Of a DNA stretch of 14,341 nt, positions 1 to 8,279 are shown piece after piece. Under the pieces are notes generated by a model. The model ran no database searches, was not told the origin of the DNA, and was given only the letters and a program-made list of their open reading frames with translations. The stretch's first letter is position 1. Each line of letters opens with the position of its first letter. The position numbers were made by a program, and so were the translations under genes. This DNA comes from Candidatus Krumholzibacteriia bacterium (GTDB lineage Bacteria > Krumholzibacteriota > Krumholzibacteriia > WVZY01): the NCBI GenBank assembly GCA_036478295.1, contig JAZGDW010000173.1, positions 1-14,341 on the forward strand, written 5' to 3'.

Positions 1-3000
1 CACGGCTAGCGGTGAGCCCGTCTGCTCGACCGCAATCTCGAAGGTCAAGTCGTTGCCGCCACTGTTATTAATGGTCAGCGTTTGCATTGACGCCTGGCCG
101 GTGAACAGGCTGTCGCTCAGCGAATCCGGTGCCACGGAGATCACCGGTGGTACGAGCCCCTCACCTTGAAGCGACACGAAGAGGAGCGCTTCGTCCTTAT
201 CGTTGCTCACCACGTTGAGGTGCCCGAGGCGAGGTCCGGTCTGCGTAGGCGCGAAGGAAACCACGACCTCCTGGTCTTCACCAGGGAGCAGGGTCAAGTT
301 CGACGGGCTGACCGAGAAGTCGGGTTTGCTCGGCGGAGGGAGCCCCACCGTCAACGTATCCCTCCCCAGGTTGGATATGATGAACGTGGCCGTGGAAACC
401 CCGCCGATGAATTCGGTACCGTATGTCAACGAGGTATCCGAAAGGGCGATGTCGGGCGCGGCGGCCACGGTAAGATGCGCGGGGATTTCGATCACCGGGT
501 CCAGCGGGTCGTTGGTTTCGTAGATGATCTTGGCGTCGTATCCGCCGGCGGCGAGGCCGGTCGCATCGAACCGGATGCTCCCCTGAGTGATATCGTTCGG
601 TGAGATCGTGCCGGACGCAGGCTCCACACTCAGCCACCGCACGCCGGCCGCGAGCCAGTCAAGCGCCTGGTTGGCACAGAGCTGGTTGTCGGTCGCGCCG
701 ATGACCGAATTGTGAAAGAGCTCGTCCGAGAGCGTCACAATCCTGCCGGAACCCACCCGGCTGTAAGCGGCCACTGCGCGGTTCGCAATATCGTCTATCA
801 ACCGCCCGGCGGGGGGCGCCACCGTCTGCAGGTGGGCGAGCGCACTGCCGCTCACCGTGAACATGTTTACATTATCTGTTATCTCATGCGGATGGATGTT
901 GCTCGTGACTCCGCCCGAGGCATTGGTCTCCGAATAGACAATCTCGGCACCGATGGCGGCCAGCAGCCGGTTGGCCGAGCCGACCGACTGGTCTGACTCG
1001 AACAACACCGATCCGCCGCTGACGACCCAGCCGGCCACCGCGGCCAGCTCATCTCCTGTCCACGGCGAGTTGAAATCGTCTATCAGCCACAGGATGTCGT
1101 ACTGGCCGAGAAGTCCGGAGTTGATTGGCTCGAAATTGTCGGTGATGGTGGCCCCGCGCGCTGTCAGATCGGCGGAGATCACCGACCAGCCGGCACGCGA
1201 GGACTGCCCGTGCTCCCGATCCCACAGGATCTTCACGTTTGTCAGGTCATCCAGCAGCGCCCCGATCGGATCGGTGCGGATCATTCCCGGCCGCAGCATG
1301 TCTTCACTCTCAGGCGGGGCCGCCGCGGCCACCGGTGCTGTCAATGTATAGACCTGCGTCGCTATGCCTATCTCCTCGAGCCGCACGTTCCATTCGAGAT
1401 CGGCATCACCCTTGTTACCGATGATCACCTGCCGGTCTTCCGTCCACCCCGTGAACAAGCGGTAGCCGACCCGCGCCGGATACACCTCGCCGTCGGGTGC
1501 AGGCAGTCCCTCACCGGACAGCGTCACCACGACGGTAGGATCGCCGACATCATTGCTGTGGATGGTGAGCGTCCCCGCCTGGGGTCCAACAAGGGTCGGG
1601 GTGTATGTCACGACGAGCTCGCGGCTCTCGGTGGCATTGAGGACGAACCCGGACGTATCCAACGTATCCATGACGAATTCCGAATTGCTCAACGTAATTT
1701 CGCTTACGAACAGCGTATCGGTCCCGATGTTCGTAATCAGGATCGTATCGGGAACAACCGACCCAACGAACCACGAACCGAAGCCAAGAGATGTAGCGGA
1801 CAACTGAATATCAGGCGCACCGGTCACATGCAGGTGTGCGGCAACCCGGGTCTCGGGTGTGATGGGATCGTTGCTTGCAATCACGATGTTGGCGTCGTAG
1901 TCGGCGCCGAGAAGACCGGTCGCATCGAAAGTGACATCTATAGTCGCGCTGCCGCCCGGCAGCACGGTACCAGTGGCGGGATCCACGGATATCCAGCCGA
2001 CGCCTTCCGAGGTAACGGCGACGTCGTCGATATACCAGCCTTCGTTCGATTCACAGTTTCCGCAATCCCAGCCGGCATGGAACCGCAGGGAGATAACACC
2101 GCCGACATACGGCGTCAGATCGAAGACTGCGGGGATGAATGCGTTGCCGGCGCCGCCGTCGTGCGAATACGCGGGGAGAAATCGGAGTGGATTCGAGCAA
2201 ATGTCATCCAGCGTGTACGGGTAACCACCGACGGGAAAGATCTGCGTCCAGCTCGCGCCGCCGTTCGTGGATACCTCGACGATGCCCCCATCGGGCTCGA
2301 ACGTCGGGTCATTCGAGCAGTCATCGAAATTGTACCAGTGCTGGAAGGACAGAAACGCGTCCATTACCAGACTCAGATCGATGGGAGGTGTCTGCAGCGC
2401 TTCGGCCCCTTCGAAGCTGTGTTGTGTCACCCGCCAGCTTCTCACAGCGCTGTGCGACCGCGCCGTCGACACTCCCCACTGATCGATGCCGTTCGGGTGA
2501 GTGGAATAGTGCGTCCAGCCCGGCACACCGCTTTCCATGTCGTCAAAAAAGAGGGTCACGCCACCGGAGAGCGAGGACTGCACGCGATGATACAATTCCA
2601 TCGTCTCGGCGCTCGTCTGCGGCAGGCCCGCGGTCGACAGGTCGTCCTTTTTCGTTCCGCTTGCCGCATATTCCTCATAGTGCGTGACATAATCCGCGGG
2701 ATCCTGGGACAATCCGTTTTCGCCCGGCCGGTATAGCGACTCCAGTTCTTGCATGATCTCGACGAGCGACGCACCGGCCTCCTCACTCACTATCGTGAAT
2801 TCGAGATCACTCACCCCCAGGTTGTCGATCGTGAGCGTGTGCGCGGAAGTAAGTCCGGTAAACAGGCTGTCGCTCAGCGAGTCCGGAGCCACCGAAACGA
2901 TCGGCGGCATGAGTCCGGAGCCGCTTAGGGTGACGACCACGCTTGGTTCATCCGGGTCGTTCGTGCTCAGAGTCAACGTGGCGGGAATCGGTCCCACAAC

Positions 3001-6000
3001 ACTCGGAGCGAACGTCACGACCAGACCCCTGCTCGCGCCGACGGCCAGGCTGAAAGCCACTGCGTCCGCGCTGTAGTCCGCATTGCTCGTCGCCACACCC
3101 ACCGTCAGCACGTCTGTTCCTCCATTGGACACGTTCAGCGTGTCGCTCCTGGAACCACCGATGAACTCGGTTCCAAAGTTGAAGGCGGTGTCCGAAACCT
3201 CGATGTCCGGGGCACCGGTGACCTGGAGATGGGCCGGAATCGTGACGGTCGGAGTGAACGGATCGTTGCTGGTTATAATGATGCTCGCGTCGTAGAGACC
3301 GCCGATCAAGTTTGCGGCGTCGAAGGTCGCGGTGAGCACGTCGATGCTGTCCGCGGGGGTCACCCCTTCCTTGGGCTCCACCGTCAGCCAGCGCACACTC
3401 CCGGCCAGCCAGTCGAAGACCTGGTTGGCAAAGAGCTGGTTGTCCGCCGAGCCCATACGGGTGAACACCTCATCGGCCATGGCCACGATGCGGCCGCCGC
3501 CGACTTCACTGTAGGCGCTGTTGGCAACGTTGGAGACGTCGTTCACGAGGAGCCCGGCGGGCGCGGTGACAGACGACAGGTGGGCGATGTTCGCACTCAG
3601 GAGGATACTGTTTACGTTCTCCGTTGTTTTGTGTGGAAAGATGAAACTAGTAGTCCCACCAGTTCCACTGGGATTCGCAAAAACGATGCCCGAACCCAGC
3701 GGCGCAAGCATCGAGTTGTAGATGGGCACGGTCGAGGTGTTATCGCCCTCTAGCAGAAGCGACCCGCCGGAAAGCATCCAGTCGCGAAGCGCATTCAACT
3801 CGGACGTCGTCCAGGGCATGTTCAGATCGACCGTCCAGAACACGTCGAAACTGGCGAGCAGCGTGGGTGTGACGGGGGACAAATTGTCGACGACTGTGGC
3901 ACCACGCGAAGTCAAGTCGGCGATGATGGTCGTCCACGGGGATCTCGTCCCCTGGCCGTGCGCGCGGTCAAAGAGAATCTGGACATCGGTGAGATCCTCC
4001 AGCAACGCCGTTATCGGGGTCGTGCGGATGTTTTCCGGTGTCGTGCCGCCGTCCGCCGCGTCGGGATCCGTCGCATCAAAGCTCGGCGCCGTCAGCGTGT
4101 ACGTCTGCAGGGCCGACGTGGCCGAAAGGCTCGCGCGAACGGTCCAGAACAGGTCGCTTCCGCCCTGGTTGTCGATGGTGAGCGGGTGGACCGCCGTTCC
4201 ACCGGTAAACAGATGTTCGCTCAACGAATCCGGGGACACCGAAACGATCGGCGGCAGCAGCCCACTGCCCACGAGCAAAACGTTCAACGACGGAGTATCG
4301 GGATCGTCACTCGCAACTGTCAACATCGCCGGCAGCGCCCCCTCGCTCGTCGGCGAGAACGAAACCACGAGTTCGCCGCTGCCCCCCACCCCTATCACGA
4401 AGCCGCCCGGGTCGACGCTGTAATCGGTATGGTCGGTGGACACACCGGTTACGACGAGCACGTCCGTGCCCTGGTTCGACACCTCAATCGTGTCCAGCCT
4501 GGTCACCCCGATGAAAACCGTTCCGTAGTCAACCAATGAATCGGCCACGGAGATGTCGGGCGCGCCGGTCACATTGAAGATGACCGGCACCAGCACCTCC
4601 GGTGCCAGCGGATCGTTACTGGCCACTACTATCGTGTCCAGGAAAGTACCGGCGGTGACACACGAGGTGGACGTTGCTTCGAAGGTAACGTTGATAATCG
4701 TGCTGCCACCCGCGGGCACGGTGCCGGCGTCGGGCTCCGCCGTCAGCCAGCATGCCCCGGTGCCACCGCTCCACTGTGCCGCGTTTCGCAGCATCAGAGG
4801 GATGTCTCCCCCATAAAAGCTTCCGCCGGCGAGAAACACGTTCATGGCGACGACCTTACCGCGCTGTGTCGCGACCAGTGGCAACCCACTGTCCCAGTCC
4901 GCCACCCACTCCGCTCCCGGCGTCAGGGTCGTCACACCCAACAAGTCACCGAACGCGCTGGTAACCCCCGCCATGATCGGATGAGCGGGGTCGAAGCTCC
5001 CCAGGTTCGCGGAACCGACCGGACCCGACCCCAAACTAAACGGAAAGTAGCCCTCGGCGGAGAAACGCCCCTGTATATCCCAGGGGGAGATGAAGGTGGC
5101 AAGTGTAATGATTACGCCGCCTCCACCGTCCACATAATCGGCAAGCACGTTACCGGTGGCAACCGGATCGATGAGCGGAGTATTAAGGATGACAATAACC
5201 GCCGAATACGACTCGAGCAGCGCCAGTGTCGGCGTGCCCGTTCCCCCATCGAACGTGTCGACAACGGTTATGTCGGCAAAGGCCAGAAGGTCGGTCCGGA
5301 TAGTGGCAACATCACCGTTGTGCAGGAGCAGGATCCGGAGTTCGCCGCCGGCGGCGGCTCTGGTGGAGACGGTGGTTTTCGCCACGCCGGGATCGCGCGG
5401 CTTCATCGATCCTGACCGGCCGCCGTCGTACGCCGGCCCGTTCTTTCCGTCTCCTTTGTGCTTCACTCCCAGCGACGTGACGTCTCTCGAGGTCCCCAGG
5501 GAAAGGACGCTGACACTGACCCCCACCGCGCCGGCGACTCGTTCGCTGATATCGAATATGAGATCGCTGCCGCCGTTGTTCTCGATGGTGAGCGGTTGTG
5601 TCGACGTGGACCCAAAAACGAGGTTCTCGAACAATATCCCCGGCGCCACGGCGATCTCGGGCGGGATCAGGCCCACTCCCGTTAGCGCCACGGCCAGGGC
5701 CGGAGTATCGGGGTCATCGCTCGACACGGTGAGCGTTCCCGCAATCGGGCCTACGCTGACGGGCGCGAAGGTAAGAACGAGCACCTTCGTCTGCGAAGGC
5801 GCCAGCACAAATCCCGTGGGATCGACGGAGTATTCGACATTGTCGATGCTGACACCGCTGACGTTCAAAACGTCAGTACCGATGTTCGAAATGGTCACGC
5901 TCTGGGTTACCGTCGCACCGATGAAATGCGCGCCGAAGTTGACGCTGGCCGGCGATGCGGCGATGTCCGGGGCAGCCGTCACGTGCAGGCTCACGGGCAG

Positions 6001-7950
6001 CGTGGCCGCGGGCTGGGTTGGATCGTTGTTCGCGATAATAACGTTTTCGGTGAAATCTCCGCCGGCAAGGCCGGTCGCATCAAATCGCATCTCCACGTCC
6101 ATGGTGCCGCCGGACAAAATCCGCCCCGAGTTGGGAACGGCGTGCAGCCACGACGGACCTATTGCGCTACTGACCCCACCGATATCCCCCGGCGCGGAGG
6201 GCAGCGGGTCGAGCCCCGGAAAAGAAAAATCCAGCGTGCCCGCTGCGAGGTTCTGTATGGTGACGATGCGGACGACCATCCCGCCGGTCAGCAGGTTTTC
6301 GCTCAGCGAAGGGGGAGAAAACGCAATCTCCGGAACGCCCAGCGTTGTCCCCGATGGCGAGTTCGACGTCGACGAGGCGTTGTCCTGTTCGTCGAGCACC
6401 TTCAGGGCAAAAAAGTAGGCGGTGTTGAAATCCAGACCGGTGACCTGAAAGGTCTCGGTGGCGCCGACCGGTTGCGGTGTCGGCGTAGCGGGTGCCACGG
6501 TCGCCAGGGCGAAATTGCCGTCATCGATGGGCGAGAGAGAGTAGCGAACGTCGTAGCTGCTCGCCGTGCCGTCGGTGCTGTCGTCGCCGCTCGCCGTCCA
6601 CTGCAGCGTCGCCGTGTTCGACCCGGTCCCGATGACGGCCAGGTCGGTCACCGGCGACGGCGGGATACTGTCCAGCCTCGACAGCGCGGTGAAAATATTG
6701 AGGCGGCCGCCCGTGACCGTCTTGCCGAGAAGCGCGGGCAGGGGATCCACCGATTGCATGAGCGCATCCTTTACCTCGAGATGGCCCAACCCGGGGGCCG
6801 CCGACCACACGAGGCTCACCGCGCCGGAAACGTGCGGCGATGCCATGGATGTGCCGCTGATCGATCCGTACGAGTTTCCGGGAAAGGTACTGAGAATGTT
6901 CGTACCGGGTGCACCGAAATCGACACTGACCAGTCCAAATGTCGAGCCTGAATTCAGCAGGTCGTTGTGGGTGGTGTTGGCCACCGAAATTATGTTGTCC
7001 AGATCGTACGCGGCTGGAAAGTGTGGGAAGAGATCGGCGTCCTGTCCCGTATTGCCCGCGGCGGCCACAAAAAGAATGCCCGCGGTGCCGGCCGCCTGGA
7101 TGGCGTCCCTGAGAGCCGACGAGAAACCGCCCCCGCCCCAGCTGTTGTTGGTCAGCCTGACACCCATCATCGTTGCGTACTCGACCGACAAAATCGCGTT
7201 CGCCGTCGTACCCGATCCCCCGTCGCTCAAGAACTTGATGGGCATAAGCGTCGCGTTCCAGTTCACTCCCACCACGCCGATGGCGTTGTTGCCGATGGCG
7301 CCGACGGTACCGGCCACGTGTGTGCCGTGCCCGTTTCCGTCCATCGGGTTGTTGTCGTCGTTGGCAAAATCCCAGCCGCGCACGTCGTCGATAAAACCGT
7401 TACCGTCGTTGTCGATGCCGTCGCCCGGGATTTCCCCCGGGTTGGTCCAGATGTGGGCGGCGAGGTCCACGTGCGTCCAGTCGATGCCGGTGTCGATGAT
7501 ACCGACGAGGACGGTGTCACCCGTTTCGATGTCCCAGGCTTCCGGCGCGTCGATATCCGCATCAACCGTCCCGCCCGTCTGACCGGTGTTGTTCAGCCCC
7601 CACATTTCCGGAAACCGCGGGTCGTTCGGAGTGGTCTGATCGAGTCGAATAATGTAGTTGGGTTCGATATACTCGAAACGAAGGTCATACTGGTAGCGCT
7701 GGAGGGCTTCCGCCGAGGTCACGCCCTGGATGTCCCACAGTTCTGCGCCGCTGGCGAACCGGCGCGTGACCGTGGAGTTGAGGTTCAGTTCGACGTCCGA
7801 AATCTGCGAGCGCTGCACCGAAGACTTGACTTTGATGATGAGTTGTCCTTCGACGTAGTCGTTCTGAACCTGGCCTCGGGCTGAGAACACCAGCATCAGA
7901 ATCGCAAAAAAGATCGAAGCAACCGCGAGAGTCGACCGGAACCGTTTCAT
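1..7950 (-). CDS. Giant secreted S8 (subtilisin-like) serine protease with FN3 and repeated Ig-like/cargo modules; 3' end outside the window (>=2650 aa)
   Basis: Hand translation from ATG at 7950 (MKRFRSTLAVASIFFAILMLVFSARG-QVQ, Sec signal-like; AGGGGGG at 7955-7961 upstream) stays open to position 1. Catalytic motifs: IIDTGID (Asp 7492-7494), GHGTHVAG (His 7327-7329), AAAGN (Asn 7051-7053), SGTSMASPHV (Ser 6847-6849). The many + strand ORFs here are its antisense shadows. Confidence 0.96.
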   Translation of the reverse strand, partial: MKRFRSTLAVASIFFAILMLVFSARGQVQNDYVEGQLIIKVKSSVQRSQISDVELNLNSTVTRRFASGAELWDIQGVTSAEALQRYQYDLRFEYIEPNYIIRLDQTTPNDPRFPEMWGLNNTGQTGGTVDADIDAPEAWDIETGDTVLVGIIDTGIDWTHVDLAAHIWTNPGEIPGDGIDNDGNGFIDDVRGWDFANDDNNPMDGNGHGTHVAGTVGAIGNNAIGVVGVNWNATLMPIKFLSDGGSGTTANAILSVEYATMMGVRLTNNSWGGGGFSSALRDAIQAAGTAGILFVAAAGNTGQDADLFPHFPAAYDLDNIISVANTTHNDLLNSGSTFGLVSVDFGAPGTNILSTFPGNSYGSISGTSMASPHVSGAVSLVWSAAPGLGHLEVKDALMQSVDPLPALLGKTVTGGRLNIFTALSRLDSIPPSPVTDLAVIGTGSNTATLQWTASGDDSTDGTASSYDVRYSLSPIDDGNFALATVAPATPTPQPVGATETFQVTGLDFNTAYFFALKVLDEQDNASSTSNSPSGTTLGVPEIAFSPPSLSENLLTGGMVVRIVTIQNLAAGTLDFSFPGLDPLPSAPGDIGGVSSAIGPSWLHAVPNSGRILSGGTMDVEMRFDATGLAGGDFTENVIIANNDPTQPAATLPVSLHVTAAPDIAASPASVNFGAHFIGATVTQSVTISNIGTDVLNVSGVSIDNVEYSVDPTGFVLAPSQTKVLVLTFAPVSVGPIAGTLTVSSDDPDTPALAVALTGVGLIPPEIAVAPGILFENLVFGSTSTQPLTIENNGGSDLIFDISERVAGAVGVSVSVLSLGTSRDVTSLGVKHKGDGKNGPAYDGGRSGSMKPRDPGVAKTTVSTRAAAGGELRILLLHNGDVATIRTDLLAFADITVVDTFDGGTGTPTLALLESYSAVIVILNTPLIDPVATGNVLADYVDGGGGVIITLATFISPWDIQGRFSAEGYFPFSLGSGPVGSANLGSFDPAHPIMAGVTSAFGDLLGVTTLTPGAEWVADWDSGLPLVATQRGKVVAMNVFLAGGSFYGGDIPLMLRNAAQWSGGTGACWLTAEPDAGTVPAGGSTIINVTFEATSTSCVTAGTFLDTIVVASNDPLAPEVLVPVIFNVTGAPDISVADSLVDYGTVFIGVTRLDTIEVSNQGTDVLVVTGVSTDHTDYSVDPGGFVIGVGGSGELVVSFSPTSEGALPAMLTVASDDPDTPSLNVLLVGSGLLPPIVSVSPDSLSEHLFTGGTAVHPLTIDNQGGSDLFWTVRASLSATSALQTYTLTAPSFDATDPDAADGGTTPENIRTTPITALLEDLTDVQILFDRAHGQGTRSPWTTIIADLTSRGATVVDNLSPVTPTLLASFDVFWTVDLNMPWTTSELNALRDWMLSGGSLLLEGDNTSTVPIYNSMLAPLGSGIVFANPSGTGGTTSFIFPHKTTENVNSILLSANIAHLSSVTAPAGLLVNDVSNVANSAYSEVGGGRIVAMADEVFTRMGSADNQLFANQVFDWLAGSVRWLTVEPKEGVTPADSIDVLTATFDAANLIGGLYDASIIITSNDPFTPTVTIPAHLQVTGAPDIEVSDTAFNFGTEFIGGSRSDTLNVSNGGTDVLTVGVATSNADYSADAVAFSLAVGASRGLVVTFAPSVVGPIPATLTLSTNDPDEPSVVVTLSGSGLMPPIVSVAPDSLSDSLFTGLTSAHTLTIDNLGVSDLEFTIVSEEAGASLVEIMQELESLYRPGENGLSQDPADYVTHYEEYAASGTKKDDLSTAGLPQTSAETMELYHRVQSSLSGGVTLFFDDMESGVPGWTHYSTHPNGIDQWGVSTARSHSAVRSWRVTQHSFEGAEALQTPPIDLSLVMDAFLSFQHWYNFDDCSNDPTFEPDGGIVEVSTNGGASWTQIFPVGGYPYTLDDICSNPLRFLPAYSHDGGAGNAFIPAVFDLTPYVGGVISLRFHAGWDCGNCESNEGWYIDDVAVTSEGVGWISVDPATGTVLPGGSATIDVTFDATGLLGADYDANIVIASNDPITPETRVAAHLHVTGAPDIQLSATSLGFGSWFVGSVVPDTILITNIGTDTLFVSEITLSNSEFVMDTLDTSGFVLNATESRELVVTYTPTLVGPQAGTLTIHSNDVGDPTVVVTLSGEGLPAPDGEVYPARVGYRLFTGWTEDRQVIIGNKGDADLEWNVRLEEIGIATQVYTLTAPVAAAAPPESEDMLRPGMIRTDPIGALLDDLTNVKILWDREHGQSSRAGWSVISADLTARGATITDNFEPINSGLLGQYDILWLIDDFNSPWTGDELAAVAGWVVSGGSVLFESDQSVGSANRLLAAIGAEIVYSETNASGGVTSNIHPHEITDNVNMFTVSGSALAHLQTVAPPAGRLIDDIANRAVAAYSRVGSGRIVTLSDELFHNSVIGATDNQLCANQALDWLAAGVRWLSVEPASGTISPNDITQGSIRFDATGLAAGGYDAKIIYETNDPLDPVIEIPAHLTVAAAPDIALSDTSLTYGTEFIGGVSTATFIISNLGRDTLTVGLPPPSKPDFSVSPSNLTLLPGEDQEVVVSFAPTQTGPRLGHLNVVSNDKDEALLFVSLQGEGLVPPVISVAPDSLSDSLFTGQASMQTLTINNSGGNDLTFEIAVEQTGSPLAV
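637..1383 (-). other. Module 5 insert (249 aa): second DUF4350/GIFT-like domain, paralogous to the module 3 insert
   Basis: ILWDREHGQ...LLGQYDILW...ELAAVAGWVVSGGSVLFESD...GSGRIVTLSDE...DNQLCANQALDWL aligns along its length with 3391-4137. Confidence 0.72.
1996..2790 (-). other. Module 4 insert (265 aa): acidic linker plus MAM/cleaved-adhesin/InhA-like jelly-roll domain
   Basis: FFDDMESGVPGW...LQTPPIDLS...LSFQHWYNF...DGGIVEVSTNGGASW...FDLTPYVG...LRF...EGWYIDDV, with four Cys. Confidence 0.8.
3391..4137 (-). other. Module 3 insert (249 aa): DUF4350/GIFT-like GATase-fold domain
   Basis: ILFDRAHGQ...LLASFDVFW...ELNALRDWMLSGGSLLLEGD...GGGRIVAMADE...DNQLFANQVFDWL. Confidence 0.7.
4750..5547 (-). 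other. Module 2 insert (266 aa): low-complexity linker plus class I GATase-like/flavodoxin-like alpha/beta domain
   Basis: LRILLLHNG...TPTLALLESYSAVIV...GNVLADYVDGGGGVII...HPIMAGV...LMLRNAAQW. The 'L.DYV..GGGV' and 'HPI..GV' motifs are typical of non-catalytic GATase-like domains. Confidence 0.65.
6340..6672 (-). other. Fibronectin type III-like domain
   Basis: DSIPPSPVTDL...ATLQWTASGDD...YDVRYS...FQVTGLDFNTAYFFALKVLDEQDNASSTSN matches the FN3 pattern (W, Y, GL..T.Y.F, SN). Confidence 0.88.
6673..7872 (-). other. Prodomain plus S8 catalytic domain of the giant protease
   Basis: DYVEGQLIIK...EYIEPNYII prodomain, then PNDPRFPEMWGLNNTGQTGGTVDADIDAPEAWDI, a DGIDNDGNGFIDD Ca-binding-type loop, NNSWGGG, and the closing GKTVTGGRLN typical of this S8 subgroup. 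Confidence 0.93.
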
Positions 7951-8225
7951 CTTGCCCCCCTGTAGTAGTGGAATAACGCCAGAGACTCCAATACACCCAG
8001 CAGATGATGCCGCGACCATGAATGGTGGGCTCGCATAATTGTTGCGATGTGAGGAGACGCGAAGCCGCCCGTCGGACGAAACGGTACCCGTCGACGTGCC
8101 GTGGGGATGGAACCTACCTCTGTGCGCAGATCGTGAATGCGGATCCTGACGAGAGATCGGTCCAGGACTTACCTGACGGGCTATGACGCCGCCGCTTCCG
8201 CATGACCCCTGTTGTTGATGCGGAG

Positions 8226-8234
8226 AGTATACCA
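8226..8234 (-). promoter_or_regulatory. Candidate extended -10 promoter element for the S8 protease gene
   Basis: Minus strand reads TGGTATACT (TGn-TATACT). There is no convincing -35. It would give a leader of about 270 nt. Confidence 0.4.
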
Positions 8235-8279
8235 CAACCCGGCGGGTGTTCGCACCGCTTAACTCCGTCCCGCGCGCGA

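Larger units (their letters stand above)
1..6333 (-). repeat. Protein-level tandem modules: [split Ig-like domain A + insert] + [Ig-like domain B, ASH/choice-of-anchor-D-like]; five complete modules and the start of a sixth
   Basis: A domains start at about 6333, 5664, 4254, 2907, 1500 and 150 (PPxxSVxPDSLSxxLFTG...LTIxNxGxxDL; C-half WLxVxPxxG...FDATGL...SNDP...PxxLxVT). B domains start at APDI at about 5970, 4560, 3210, 1815 and 456 (FGxxFIG...SNxGTDxL...F.P...LT.xSxDPD...LxGxGL). Confidence 0.9.

Noticed and set aside
98..4255. DGR template/variable repeats or site-specific recombination sites among the module repeats
   Set aside because: Mismatches between the near-identical blocks at 98-135 and 2855-2892 are synonymous third-position changes rather than adenine-specific, and no reverse transcriptase or recombinase is in the window.
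166..7884. Long + strand ORFs (e.g. 1210..2736 508 aa, 5156..6418 420 aa, 6566..7582 338 aa)
   Set aside because: Antisense shadows of the giant minus-strand gene in GC-rich DNA; no recognisable motifs, and Arg-rich or Ser/Pro/Val-rich composition typical of off-frames.
1..7950. Enrichment of Bacteroidota-type O-glycosylation sequons D-(S/T)-(A/I/L/V/M/T)
   Set aside because: About 18 counted by hand, close to what the D/S/T/V/L-rich composition would give by chance; it cannot be supported without a statistical test.
8050..8075. c-di-GMP-I riboswitch-like GACGCGAAGCC
   Set aside because: It is on the wrong strand for the downstream gene, and the other conserved elements (GGCAAAC, GNRA loop/receptor) are missing.
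8071..8165. Type II hammerhead ribozyme on the + strand (GAAA 8078-8081, stem, CTGACGA 8146-8152)
   Set aside because: Stem III forms, but the cleavage triplet would be GUG, and stems I and II do not pair in register.
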